Shown: positions 35,201-47,488 of the stretch, one piece after another | Layout: every line of letters starts with the position of its first letter | Numbering within the stretch: the stretch's first letter is position 1 | Assembly: GCA_029717555.1 (NCBI GenBank) | Contig: JAMDHS010000023.1 | Location: 1-64,000, forward strand | DNA length: 64,000 nucleotides | Direction of reading: 5' to 3' | From: Peribolospora baueri | Lineage: Eukaryota | Made by a program: the position numbers and the translations under genes | Notes under the pieces: model-generated | Seen by the model: the letters and a program-made list of their open reading frames with translations, nothing else | Database searches by the model: none | What the model was told of the DNA's origin: nothing

Positions 35201-37599
35201 ACAGCACCCGGAAGCGCATGTCGACGATTGTTAGGTGCCCGGATGGCAAGATCAAGCTGTACACGAAGGGCGCCGACACGGTCATCTTCGAGCGGCTGAG
35301 CGAGAACCAGCCGTATGCGGAGCAGACGCTCGTCCATCTCGAGGACTATGCCACCGACGGTCTGCGCACGCTGTGCATCGCCATGAGAGAGATATCTGAA
35401 CAGGAGTATCGGCAGTGGGCTGCCATCTACGACAAGGCGGCCGCGACTATCCAAGGTCGCGCAGAGGCGCTGGACAAGGCGGCGGAGATCATCGAGAAGG
35501 ATCTGTTTCTGCTCGGCGCGACGGCCATCGAGGACAAGTTGCAGGAGGGAGTGCCGGACACGATCCATACGCTCCAGCAGGCGGGCATCAAGATCTGGGT
35601 GCTCACCGGTGACAGGCAGGAAACGGCCATCAACATCGGCCTGAGCTGCCGGCTCATTTCCGAATCGATGAACCTCGTCATCGTCAACGAGGAAACGGCG
35701 CATGAGACAAAAGATTTCATATCCAGGAGGCTCCTGGCCATCAAGAACCAGCGCAACTCTGGAGAGCTGGAAGAGTTGGCGCTCGTCATCGGTGAGTCGA
35801 ACCAGAGGCGTCCTTACCGACCGACCGGAAGCGGTGTCCTCACATGCATGTGTGTCTTTCGTCAGATGGAAAGAGTCTGAGTTTCGCCTTGGAGAAGGAT
35901 CTTTCTCGGACTTTCCTCGAGCTCGCGCTCATGTGCAAGGCCGTCGTCTGCTGTGAGTCGCGGCGTGGCCGACTCGCTCTTCGTTCATCTAGCTACGCAA
36001 AATTCAACATTTGCTATCCTATTCTCGTTCATAGGTCGCGTGTCGCCGCTCCAGAAGGCCTTGGTGGTCAAACTCGTGAAGAAAAATCTGAAGGCCATCC
36101 TGCTAGCCATCGGTGACGGTGCCAACGACGTCTCGATGATTCAAGCCGCTCATGTCGGCGTCGGCATCTCGGGCGTCGAGGGCTTGCAGGCAGCGCGGTC
36201 CGCCGACGTGGCCATCAGCCAGTTCCGATACCTTCGCAAATTGCTCCTGGTGCACGGTGCTTGGAGCTATCAGAGACTCAGCAAGCTTATTCTTTACTCG
36301 TTCTACAAAAACATCACCCTGTACATGACGCAGTTCTGGGTGAGCGAACGTTCGAGCCCTTTCCTTTACACGTGATTAACCTTTCATCGGCGCGCCGGGA
36401 TGCTGATGGACCTCCTCCCTTCCTGTGGCCATCTGTGTCCAGTACTCCTTCCAAAACGGTTTCTCCGGTCAGATCAGCTACGAGTCGTGGACCTTCTCCT
36501 TCTATAATGTCCTCTTCACCGTGCTCCCGCCGCTCGTCGTGGGCGTCTTCGATCAGTTCGTGAGCGCGAGGATGCTCGACCGATACCCGCAGCTGTATAC
36601 CTTGGGCCAGCGCAACCACTTTGTGAGTTCCGAATCCGGTCTTTGCGACTTGCTAGATCGTGTTTGACTGAGCGCCTGTCTCGCGCCTCTCGCACTTCTC
36701 GTAGTTCAATAAGCGTTCTTTCTGGGCCTGGTGCCTGAACGCCTTTTATCATTCCTTGGTAAGCATCGTATCATGCCAGCGAGCGATCGAGATCTTGAGA
36801 ACCAACCTTGCGTGCTTTTCCCCTTTTTAGATCCTCTATATATTCCCCACGGTCACCTTCTGGGGTAGCCTCATGCTCCCTGGGGGTCACAACACGTACT
36901 CGTGGATCTGGGGCACGACTATGTATTTCTGCGTCCTCACCACCGTGCTTGGCAAGGCGGCTCTCATTTCTGAGTGAGCAAGATGACAAAAGCGTCGGGA
37001 CGATCGAGCATTACCCCAGCGCTGACTTGTTTACTCCCACATTCGTCTTTTCCCTGCGTCTTTTCCCTGCAGCCTCTGGACCAAGTACACCTTCGCCGCC
37101 ATCCCAGGCTCGTGGCTTTTCACTCTGGGCTTCTTGACTCTATACGCGCTCATCTCGCCTCGACTCGGCTTCTCCACGGAATACGACGGCATCGTGCCCC
37201 GTCTCTGGGGCTTTGCTACCTTCTGGTTTGCCATGTTCCTCGCGCCGGTCGTATGTCTCATCCGCGACTTTGCTTGGAAGTAGTGAGTTTCTTTTTCTTA
37301 TCCTCTTCCTATGTGCTGTTCGAGTGACTTGACATTTCGTCTCCGAACGATCGACTCGCAGCTACCAACGTACCTATTCGCCCAAGACTTACCACATCGT
37401 CCAAGAGGTGCAGAAATACAACCTTCAGGACTACCGGCCGCGGATGGAACAGTTCCAGTCGGCGATCCGCAAGGTACGGGCGGTGCAGCGGATGCGTCGC
37501 ACGAGAGGGTTTGCATTCAGTCAGAACGAGACGACGGGGGAGCAGGCGAAGCTCATCCGGCAGTACGACACCGACTTGAGGAAGCCCAAGGGCATCTGA
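32263..37599 (+). CDS. DRS2: P4-ATPase aminophospholipid flippase, Drs2/ATP8A type, about 15 exons
   Basis: [17 protein letters not shown] (QQ motif), ETSNLDGETNLK, IPISL, phosphorylation motif [32 protein letters not shown]-terminal [12 protein letters not shown], and N-terminal NPFGD. Confidence 0.97.
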
Positions 37600-38228
37600 T
37601 CATTCGAGCAGTCGGCCCACGGCGGCGGCCCGTCACGCGCCTTTCTCCTCCTTCCCTCGCGCCTCGACGTCGTTTCCTGTCGCTCGTCCTCGTCACTCGC
37701 GCGTGCTTGTATTCTAGTGCCACGATGTCTTGTCTGATTGGAAGGGTATATAGGATCTTTTCAATCACCGGCGCAGCGTCTGTCACGCCGTCGCTGCGTG
37801 CAAGAGGTGGCTATCGTACGCAAGTGCACACCACAAGCGCAATCCGCCTTACGTCCCGCCTTTACGTCCACCCTTCATCGCGACAGCGTGAGTTCGGCGC
37901 CCCCTGCACTGCGGCAATAGCGCCCTGGTGCCCCGCGTTGCAAAACCACGTGTGCCGCGATCGACGGTACTTCTTAAGACGTCACCGTTGGGCGTCAAAT
38001 ATCTGGCTCACCTCTTCCTTCGACTATCTCGTTCACCATCGTCCAGTCCGCCCGTCGAGAACCGCCTTGGCAGTGTTTATTAAATTGCCACTCGTTTAGA
38101 CCCACCCGTCCCTCGTCACCACGCCCTTCTCGTTCGATCACAATCTCATCGAAAAGCCACGACAGGGGAGGGCGCCAGTCATCAACGCACCGCTGCGAAC
38201 CATCTCTTCCCCCTAGCCATCGTTTGCC

Positions 38229-41200
38229 ATGTCTGCACCCGACGCTATGAAGACGCCCGACGGAACACAGGTGATTGACCTAGACCCGTGGCTTGAGCCT
38301 TGGCGGCCGGCGCTCAAGCACCGGTTCGACAAGTTCAAGACGTGGAAGAAGACCATTGATGAACATGAAGGAGGGCTGGAGAAATTCTCGAGAGGGTACG
38401 AGAAGATGGGCTTCAACGTTGCTCAGGACGGCACGATCACTTATAGGGAATGGGCGCCTAATGCGCAGAGCGCTTCGCTCATTGGCGATTTCAGTGAGTG
38501 CCGCCCACGTCGCCTGTCAGACCGATAGCATCGTGAGGAGACGCACGTCAAAGCGAGGCAATGGAGCATGAATGGGGACAATCTTGCCTTGGGCTGCCGA
38601 TCTGATCTCTGGTCATACTCCTTCACCACGTCTCCCAGATAACTGGGACAGGGAGTCGCACCATATGGAAAGGGACACCTTCGGCGTGTGGGAGATCGTC
38701 CTCCCTCCCGTGAACGGGCAACCGGCCATCCCTCATAATACCAAAGTCAAAGTGAGCTGCGGGGGACGAACGGTCTGGAGTTGTGGCCCAGAGACGAGCG
38801 AGGTTGTTTGGCTCACGCGATCGCCATTCCCGTGTCTTTTGAGATTTCCATGGTCGCCCCGGGAGGCGAGCGCATCGAACGGCTGCCTGCGTGGATCAAG
38901 TGAGCTTGCTACGAAATATCCTTCTCGTCTGCCCGGTCGTCCCGTCGGACCATTCACACCCGCCGCGTCGTTCGCGCCTGGTTATTATTTTAGGCGTGTC
39001 ACCCAAGACCTTTCTGTCTCGCCCGTATACGACGCCGTTTTCTGGAATCCACCCGAGAAGTACGTGTTCAAGAACAAGAGGCCGCCCAAGCCAAAGGGTA
39101 TCAAGGTGTACGAGGCGCACGGTGAGTCAGATGTTTCTGATATATCTACCTTCTTCCGATGTTTACCTTCTGAACGAGTTGTTCGCTGGTGCAGTCGGCA
39201 TATCAACGTCTGAGCCGCGAGTCGGTCAATATACCGAGTTCAGTGAGTCTTCGCCCCTGCCCTTCTACGCCTTGTTTCCGCGCTCGAGTTTGCATTCGCT
39301 CTGACAAGCCTCGGGCTTGGATCGCGAGAACAGCTCGAAACGTCCTCCCGCGGATCCGAGATTTGGGCTATAATGTGATCCAGCTGATGGCCGTACAGGA
39401 GCATGCATACTACGCATCCTTCGGCTACCAAGTCACCAACTTTTTTGCTGCCAGCAGCCGATATGGTGAGGGGGCAGGCGCACTTGCAGCGGCGCTTTTA
39501 CCTTGCGGATGTAACGGGCTGAGCTCGTGTATGCTTCACGTCGACACGCACAGGCACTCCCGAGGAGCTCATGGAGCTCATCGACACGGCGCACGGCATG
39601 GGCATCTCTGTCCTGCTCGACGTCGTGCACTCACACGCCTGCAAAAACGTCCTGGACGGGCTGAACATGTTTGACGGGAGCGACCACCTTTACTTCCATG
39701 AAGGAGCCAAGGGCAGACACGAACTCTGGGACAGGTGCGCATACGACTCGTGCGTCGCGGTGTTTTGACGAGCACTCACCGTTTTCTGCCTGTCTCTTCG
39801 TCAGTCGGCTCTTCAACTACGGAAGCCACGAAGTCGTGCGTTTCCTGCTCTCCAACCTGCGCTTCTTTATGGAAGAATACGAGTTCGATGGCTTCCGCTT
39901 CGACGGAGTCACTTCGATTCTCTACGTGCACCATGGTATTGGCACAGGCTTCTCGGGAGGCTACCACGAGTATTTCGGCCCGAGCGTCGACGAAGAGGGT
40001 GTCGTGTATCTCATGCTGGCGAGTATCGGTTCCTGTGGCTGCAGGGGGCTGGGTATCACTCACGCCGCGCACCTTTTTCTCCGCCATCATTCGCAGGCAA
40101 ACGACATGCTCCACAGCCTTTACCCGGACGTGATCACGATAGCAGAAGATGTCTCAGGTATGCCTGCCCTCTGCCGTCCGACGGTGGAAGGCGGCGTGGG
40201 CTTCGATTACCGTCTGTCGATGGCGGTGCCGGACATGTGGATCAAGCTGCTGAAGGAGAAGAGGGACGAGGAGTGGGACCTGGGGAATATCTGTTTCACC
40301 CTTACCAATCGCCGTCATCTTGAGAAGAGCATCGCTTATGCGGAGAGCCACGACCAGGCGCTCGTTGGCGATAAGACGATGTGAGTCGCGACTCGCACGG
40401 AGGGATGCCGTTCCTGTCGTCCGGGGCAACGCTCAGACCGGTCGCTGACTGACGGGGCTTCCTTCGTCTGTCGTGTCGTCCTGCAGCGCGTTCTGGCTGA
40501 TGGATAAGGAGATGTGAGTGCCTCGGCAGCGACCTATGTGCCCATTTCGACCTGACCTGATTGACCGGCCGGCCGGTGTTCCTTCCTTGGGGCGCGTTTA
40601 GGTACACGAACATGAGCGACTTGACGGAGCGGACGCCGGTCGTCGATCGCGGACTGGCGTTGCACAAGATGATCAGGTGGGCGAAGATATCGTGTGTACG
40701 GGCGGACGCGGAGGAGGAGTGGTGCGCTGATCTATCCGAGTGTCCCCTTGTCCAGGCTGCTTACACACGCACTTGGCGGAGAGGGTTACTTGGTGAGTCG
40801 GGTCGGGGCGCGACGTATATGTATTCCTCGCTCGCTCGCTCGCTCGCTCACCGCCGCGTGACGTATATGTATTCCTTGCTCGCTCGCTCCCGCCGCGGAC
40901 GGCGCAGAACTTTGAGGGCAACGAGTTCGGACATCCAGAATGGCTCGACTTTCCTCGAGAGGGCAATCAAAACTCGTTCCACTACGCTCGGCGTCAGTGG
41001 AACGTGGTGGACGACGACCTACTTCGATACAAGTACTTGAACGAGTTTGACAAGGCGATGAACAAAGTGGAGAAGCGGTATGGGTGGCTTGAGGCGGAGC
41101 AGGCTTATGTGTCTCTGAAGCACGAGGTGAGTTTGGAGGGTGAAGGAGGAAAGGAAGGAGGGATGGTGTTGACGAAGATGGTGTGATTTGATTGCGATAC

Positions 41201-41475
41201 GACAGTCGGACAAGGTGATTGCGTTCGAGCGCGCCGGGCTGCTATTCGTCTTCAACTTGCACCCCACGACGTCGTACACGGACTACCGGATCGGCGTCGA
41301 AGGGGCGGGGGAGTACAAAGTGGTGTTATGCTCGGACGAGAAGCGGTTCGGAGGACATGACCGCGTGGACGTCCAGGCGCGGCACTTTACGACCGATGTT
41401 GGATGGAATAGCCGGAGCCAGTCTGTGCAGGTGTACTTGCCCACAAGGACGGCGCTGGTTCTTGCGCGCGCTTGA
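38229..41475 (+). CDS. GLC3: 1,4-alpha-glucan (glycogen) branching enzyme, GH13, many exons
   Basis: [102 protein letters not shown]. Confidence 0.97.
40812..40897. repeat. Tandem duplication (about 48-bp period) inside GLC3 intron 40793-40907
   Basis: gacgtatatgtattcc-(tcgc)n-ccgccgcg begins at 40812 and again at 40860. Confidence 0.9.
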
Positions 41476-42484
41476 TCGGTGACGGAGTCGGCCCGAGCGG
41501 GGGAAAGGGTAGAAAAGGGGAGCGCGCGGACGCGCTGCCCGGGTTTTTTTCTTTCTTTCTTTCCTTCCTTCTTTCATTATTTCCTTCCTTCCTTATTTCC
41601 TTCCTTCCTTCCATCCTTTCTTCCTGGCCACTCGTCGGTGCGTGGACGTTACTTCATCCGACGCCCGTCCTCGAACGAACGAACCGCTCCGGTGTGTCTA
41701 TGTGTGTGCCTGTCTGCCTCCGTTATGTTGTGTTTTTCTTTCGTAGACACGGGGAAGGACGATCACGTGGAAGAAGGAGATGTGAGCGTCGGCGTCGGGT
41801 GCCAACGTGACGTGGGTTGGTTGGGTGACGAAAAGGAAGGACAGGGTGGGCGTTGAGATGCGGGCGATCGTGGAAAAGACGTCTTGAACACGGGTGGAGC
41901 GGAGGCAGAAGAAAGAGTCAGCGAGGCTATTGTCGTCCGTCCGTCCGCGGTATCGTATCGTATCGTGTTGTGTCGTGCTGGAGCGCTTCAGCTCAGTTCC
42001 TTGCAGGCAGCTAGACGGTCGAGGCGAGTGGAGTTGCGTTTTTGCTGGACCCAGCCGAGCCAAGGCACCTCGCTGGGCTGAATGAAGCAAGCAAGAAGAA
42101 ACGATCTGGCCTAACCTCGTTCGTTCCTCTTTCGTTCGCTTGCTTGTTCGCACGCCCGCTCCGTTGTGGGCGGGGCTGCGTGGTCTGCTGCGGCTTCGAC
42201 TGCGGCTGCGGCGTGTGCTGCGGCAGGGCGACGTGCATCGACGCCGTCCCTTCCGTCCGTCCGTCCGTCGGTGCGTGGTCGGTTCGAGCGCTGGCTCGCT
42301 GGCTCGCTGGGCGGCTGGCGGGTGGAGTCGACGAAGCCAAGCGCAGGCCAGGCCAGGCCAGGTCGACTCGCTCACCTCGCTCACGCACATCACGCCTCTC
42401 TCTCTCTCTCCCACTCCCCTCTAACCCACCTTTGCCTCTTTCCACCACTTCTTTCTCCATCTCCTTCTTTCCTTCGCCTCTGAG

Positions 42485-42550
42485 GTGAGTTCCTTTTTCT
42501 TCTTCCCTCTCCCTCACCCACGCTGACAATCCCTTTTCTCCCTCCCACAG
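42485..42550 (+). other. Candidate 5'-UTR intron of the Nrd1/Mrn1-like gene
   Basis: GAG|GTGAGT donor, GCTGAC branch at 42522, pyrimidine tract, CACAG acceptor; 66 nt long. Confidence 0.7.
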
Positions 42551-43424
42551 CGTCTTCTTTCCCCTCCACGCTCACCGATACCCAGCGGACCCTCTTCCCG
42601 CCTTTTTCCTTCTTCCCTCTCCATCTCATCGCCGCCTCCCTCCCTCCAACCCACCCCGTCGACGGCGCCCAGCTTGCCACTTCGTACTCCCTTCGCTTTT
42701 GCATTTTCGTGGCCCCCTTGCGCTTGCGACACACACACGGACCATCATCGTCCATCCATCCATCATCCATCCACCACCTTCCATCCATCCGACGCCTTTC
42801 TCTTTCTTCATCCTTTGACCATCCAGTTGAGTCCCACCCGCCTTTTTTCTTCCCCTTCTTTTCTCCTTCTCGTCTTCCTCCTCTCCTCCCCACTCCCTCG
42901 CCCCCCCCCGTCTCCATACCCTGAATCCTGACATACCCCACCCCACCCTTCCTTTTCCTTCTCCTTCTCCTTCCACCCGCAAGAAGAGGACGAAGAAGGC
43001 CCCCCTCCCCTCCGCGCCACCGCTTTCCCTCCCCTCTCTTGGCGCCTTCTCTTCTCTCTCTCTTTCATCCGCCGAACGAGCTTGTCTCAACGAGCTCTTG
43101 CCTCTCTTTCTTCTCCCACCTCTTTCTGCCCCTCGCCCTTTGGAAACTTGCCCGTTTCCTTCCATTCTCCCCTTCTCCGCTCCTCCCCCTTCTTCTCCTC
43201 CCCGTCTCTTGCTTTCGCTTCTCGACGCCCACGCGCATCCATCATTGGGCCGCCTAAATCTCGGATACCCTCACCCTCACCCTCACCGCTCCGCCACCCG
43301 GGCCTTCGTACTCCTCCATCGCCCGCCCTCGGCGTCCTAATCCCCGACGGATATCATCCCCCTTCTTTCTTCCATCGCCGCCCCTTCGCCTCCGGCTCGT
43401 CTCCCCTCATTTCTTTCCTCGGAA

Positions 43425-45713
43425 ATGCATAACGATACCTCTGCCGCGGAACAGTATCCGCTCGACTCTTCCTACGGCGCCCCTTACCCTTCCGGCATCG
43501 CCGCCGCCGCCGCCGTCGCCAGTTCCGCTTCACCCCTTTCCGGCTCTCAGTACACTTTGGACGCCTTTGATATGATGAAGCGCTCCTCCGCCCAGGCCTA
43601 CGACAACGGCCAGGCCGCCGACGCAGCCGCCAAGAAGGCCCGCTACAACGACGCCGCCAACTACGCCGCCGCCGGCGGCTTCAACAACGGCTACGGAGCC
43701 AGCCTCTCCGCCGGCGTCGCCGGCTCTTTCACTCAGCAGCAGCAGCAGCAACAGCAGGCATTCAATGGCGCCGTAGCAGCCACCGCCGCCGCCCTTAACG
43801 GTCAGGGCCGCGCCTTTGTCTCCGGTGGTGCCGGTCAGCTCGGTCAGGGAACCGGTCAGCAATTCGTTCAGACCTCCCTTGCCGGCGCCGGCGCCGGCGC
43901 TTTCGGCAGCCCCCCATCGCCTTTCGTCGGCACCGCGGGCGGCGGCGGCGGCGGCGTGCCCGCGCCCATCTCCATCCCCACCTCCACCGCCCTCTACGGC
44001 CAACAAGGCCCCCACACCGCCCTGCCCTCCTTCAGCGCCGCCGGTCTCGCGCCCAATTCGCCCTTCCCCGGATTGGGCGCCTCCCCGGCCACCGCTGGCA
44101 TCTACGGCGCCTTCCCCACTTCTCCTTTCACTCCCGGCGGCTTCGGCGGCCTCGGCGCCATGGGCTTGGCCGCCAGTCAGCATATCGGCGTCAACCAGCA
44201 GAGCGGCAGGACGGTGTACGTGGGCAACTTGCCCGCCGATGCGTCCGTGGACGAACTACTCAACCTCGTCAAAATGGGTCCCATCGAGAACGTGCGCATC
44301 CTTCCGGAGAAGAATTGCGCTTTCATCTCCTTCCTCGACGCCGGCACCGCCGCCGCCTTCCATGCCGACGCCTGCGTTAAAAAGGTCACCCTCCACGGTC
44401 AGGAGCTCAAGATCGGTTGGGGCAAGCCCTCGGCCGTGCCCGGACAGATTCTCCTCGCCGTCCAGCAGAGCGCCGCGACGCGCAACGTCTACCTCGGCAA
44501 CCTCGACGAGGACACGACGGAGCAGTCCCTTCGCGACGACCTCGCCCGCTTCGGCCCGATCGACCAGGTGAAGATCGTGCGCGACAAAAACATTGGCTTT
44601 GTTCACTTTTTGTCCATCTCCACCGCCATGAAGGTCGTCTCCACCCTCCCCACCGAGCCCACCTGGGCGGGCAAGCGCGTCAACTACGGCAAGGACCGGT
44701 GCGCGTACGTGCCCAAGAGCCAGCAGCAGAACCAGGCCCACAACAACCAGGCGGCCGCGATGGGCATGGCCGCCGCCGCCTCTCTCGGTTACCCCGCCAC
44801 GCCCTTCTCGGCCACCTTTGGCCGCTTCCCCATGTCGCCCACTAGCTTTGGCGCCGAGAGCTTCATGGGCCTCGACGACCAGCGCTCGCCCGCTTCGTCT
44901 GTGTTCGGCCCTGCCGCCGCCATGATGGGCGCCGGACAGGCGGCCATGGGCCAGATGGGCAACAGGACCGTCTACCTGGGCAACATCCACCCGGACACGA
45001 CCACCGAGGAGATCTGCAACGTCATCCGCGGCGGCATCCTCCAGAACATCCGGTACATCCCCGAGAAGCACATTGCGTTTGTCACCTTTGTCGACGCCAA
45101 CGCCGCGCTCGCCTTCTTCCACCTCGCCTCCTACCAGGGCATCATGATCCACAATCGTCGGCTCAAGATCGGCTGGGGCAAGCACTCTGGCCCGCTCAGC
45201 CCGGCCATCGCCATGGCCGTCCAAGCGGGCGGATCGCGGAACGTGTACGTGGGCAACATTGACAACCCGGAGGAGCTGACCGAAGACAAGCTCCGCAGGG
45301 ACTTTGGCGAGTACGGCGATGTGGAGCTCGTCAACTCGCTCAGGGAGAAGAACTGTGCGTTTGTCAACTTTACCAATATCTCCAACGCGATCAAGGCGAT
45401 CGAGGGCATGAAGAATCACCCGGACTACCAGAAGACGAAGATTTCGTACGGAAAGGACAGGTGCGGTAACGCACCGCGCACCATGTCCCAGTCTCGCGGC
45501 GCGCGCAACGTCTCTGTCGGTGGTGGCCCCGCTGGCGCTGCCGCCGGCGTAGTCGTCCCCGTCGACCCCGCCGCGTCCGTCGCCGCGCCTCAGGACGGCC
45601 AGCCGATCGTCGCCGTGGGAGGCGAGGTGGAAGGCGTGGAGGCCGTGGAGGGCATCGAAGGCGCCGACGACGCCGTGGTGGCCGACCCGTCCGCCGCCGC
45701 CGAGGGCGCTTGA
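43425..45713 (+). CDS. Four-RRM RNA-binding protein (S. pombe Nrd1/Msa2, S. cerevisiae Mrn1 family), single coding exon
   Basis: RNP2/RNP1 pairs: RTVYVGNL..KNCAFISF, RNVYLGNL..KNIGFVHF, RTVYLGNI..KHIAFVTF, RNVYVGNI..KNCAFVNF; LKIGWGK twice and YGKDRC twice. Confidence 0.93.
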   Translation: MHNDTSAAEQYPLDSSYGAPYPSGIAAAAAVASSASPLSGSQYTLDAFDMMKRSSAQAYDNGQAADAAAKKARYNDAANYAAAGGFNNGYGASLSAGVAGSFTQQQQQQQQAFNGAVAATAAALNGQGRAFVSGGAGQLGQGTGQQFVQTSLAGAGAGAFGSPPSPFVGTAGGGGGGVPAPISIPTSTALYGQQGPHTALPSFSAAGLAPNSPFPGLGASPATAGIYGAFPTSPFTPGGFGGLGAMGLAASQHIGVNQQSGRTVYVGNLPADASVDELLNLVKMGPIENVRILPEKNCAFISFLDAGTAAAFHADACVKKVTLHGQELKIGWGKPSAVPGQILLAVQQSAATRNVYLGNLDEDTTEQSLRDDLARFGPIDQVKIVRDKNIGFVHFLSISTAMKVVSTLPTEPTWAGKRVNYGKDRCAYVPKSQQQNQAHNNQAAAMGMAAAASLGYPATPFSATFGRFPMSPTSFGAESFMGLDDQRSPASSVFGPAAAMMGAGQAAMGQMGNRTVYLGNIHPDTTTEEICNVIRGGILQNIRYIPEKHIAFVTFVDANAALAFFHLASYQGIMIHNRRLKIGWGKHSGPLSPAIAMAVQAGGSRNVYVGNIDNPEELTEDKLRRDFGEYGDVELVNSLREKNCAFVNFTNISNAIKAIEGMKNHPDYQKTKISYGKDRCGNAPRTMSQSRGARNVSVGGGPAGAAAGVVVPVDPAASVAAPQDGQPIVAVGGEVEGVEAVEGIEGADDAVVADPSAAAEGA

Positions 45714-45869
45714 TCGCGCGTAGGTGAGGAGGAGAGGAGGACGGTTTGGCGATGGGCGATACAGACCACCGGCGGGTCCCTCCCGCCCGCCGCCATGACC
45801 GACGGTTTTTTTCTTCTTCGTGGCTGGCTCCTCGTCACTCTCTCTCGCTGTCTTCTTGGCGCGCGCCCC

Positions 45870-47030
45870 CATCCTATCCTATCCTATCCTATCCTATCCT
45901 GCCCGCTCGCTCGCTCGCTCGCCTGTGTTGCGGACGTACCCCCGCCCCCGAAAACGAGAATATTCTTCTACACGCGCCGTGCCGTTACAAACGTATCTTA
46001 GCCCCCCCCTCAACGCTCACCCTCCAAGTACCCATTTTTCGGCCTTCTCTTCTCTGTCTCTTTCTCTTTCACGTTTCTTTCTCGCTCTCTAATTCGACCC
46101 TCCCAAACCCCAACTCCCCAACTCGGTTGGAAGGTGCGGTGCGTCGGCTCCGCTCGCACCCTCCCGTCTCTTTCTCTTTCTCTTTCTCTTTCTCTTTCCT
46201 TCCTCCCTTCGCTTCCCTGTCGCTCGGTGTCCATTCGCCTTCTCTCTTTTTTTTTGTTCTTTTCGTTTCGTTTCTCTTCTTTCTTCGTCTCCTCTCTTGA
46301 AATCTCTTTCTACCTCCCGACTTTGCCTGACCAACCAGTCACTCGAGAGCGATTATTTTTTGTTTGTTGGGCGTTGAGACGGGACGAGACGAGACGGGCG
46401 CGCGTGCTATAGTGTACTCGGACTCCTCGTCCCCTTGTTTTCCATTCCGGTACGCAGACTCGGGGAGGTGGACGGCGGGAGCGAGGGATGCCGCTCGTCC
46501 AGTTCTGTTCTGTTCTGTGCTGTTTGAGCTCGTCTCTTGTTGACTTTTTTGAGACTTTTAAACCGGCCGGGTGGGCGGGCGGACGGGAAGTGGAGCGGTC
46601 GTCGGTGGGTCGCTGATGTGATTGAGAAGCGATAGGATGGGATACGAGAGGATAGGGTCGCATGCAAAACGAGCTCGCGCTCGTAGATACGTACGCTTGT
46701 CTTGCCTTGTCTTGTCTCGTCTCGTCTCGTTTTGTCTTCTTGTCTTCTCCGCACACCAGGCGGACTTGTCATCGCGATGCGACACGATACGGTACGATGC
46801 AATATGATACGATACGATACGATGTAAGCGTGTGTACGTATCTATCGGACAAGGCGAGGGGAGGTGATCGCCCCGGCTGCGCGTCCAACTCGCGGTGCGA
46901 CGCGGTTCGGTGCCGTGCTTATGCCGCCGGCCCGCCGGTGTGCCCGTCTTGCCCGCTTTTCCGTACTCGTACTCGCTTTCGTACTCGCTTTCGTATCTGC
47001 TTTCGTATTTCGTCGTCGTCTTCGTCGTCG
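45870..47030. repeat. Microsatellite-dense 3' flank: (CCTAT)n, (TTCTCT)n, (CTTGT)n, (CGATA)n, (CGTACT)n
   Basis: Short tandem repeats visible directly between the convergent RRM gene and GYP1. Confidence 0.75.
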
Positions 47031-47488
47031 TCTCTGCTCGCATTTCCTTCCATCCCACCTATTATTCACCTATCTGTCTATGTATACCCCGCTCGCTCGC
47101 TCAATCTCGATGCTGTGTCTGGCACGACCCCGGGCCTCCCTCGTCCGACAGCGGCGCAGGGCGACCCAACATCTAAGCGGTGGGAGAGCGGGGTGAGATT
47201 CGATCCTGGCCCTCCTAGAAGGCGGCCCTTTTGTCGGCATCTTTCTCTCTTTTATTTTTCTGCGACGAAGGAAGAAGATGAGAATGATCCGATCCGATCG
47301 GATCGACGGGCACAGTACAGCGCTTACGGCCTGCCTACTCCGGCCCCGCAACGCTCACGCTCCCTCGAACACGCTCGCTCGCGCACGCGCACTCTTTCTT
47401 TTCACGGAGGAAAACAACGACGTACACCGAAGCGGAAACGAGGTAGGTCGCCGCCCTTCTCTTCCCATGTACAAACCCGCTCGCCACC

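Noticed and set aside
44256..45872. 538-aa minus-strand ORF
   Set aside because: Antisense shadow of the RRM gene caused by GC-rich codon bias; no recognisable motifs.
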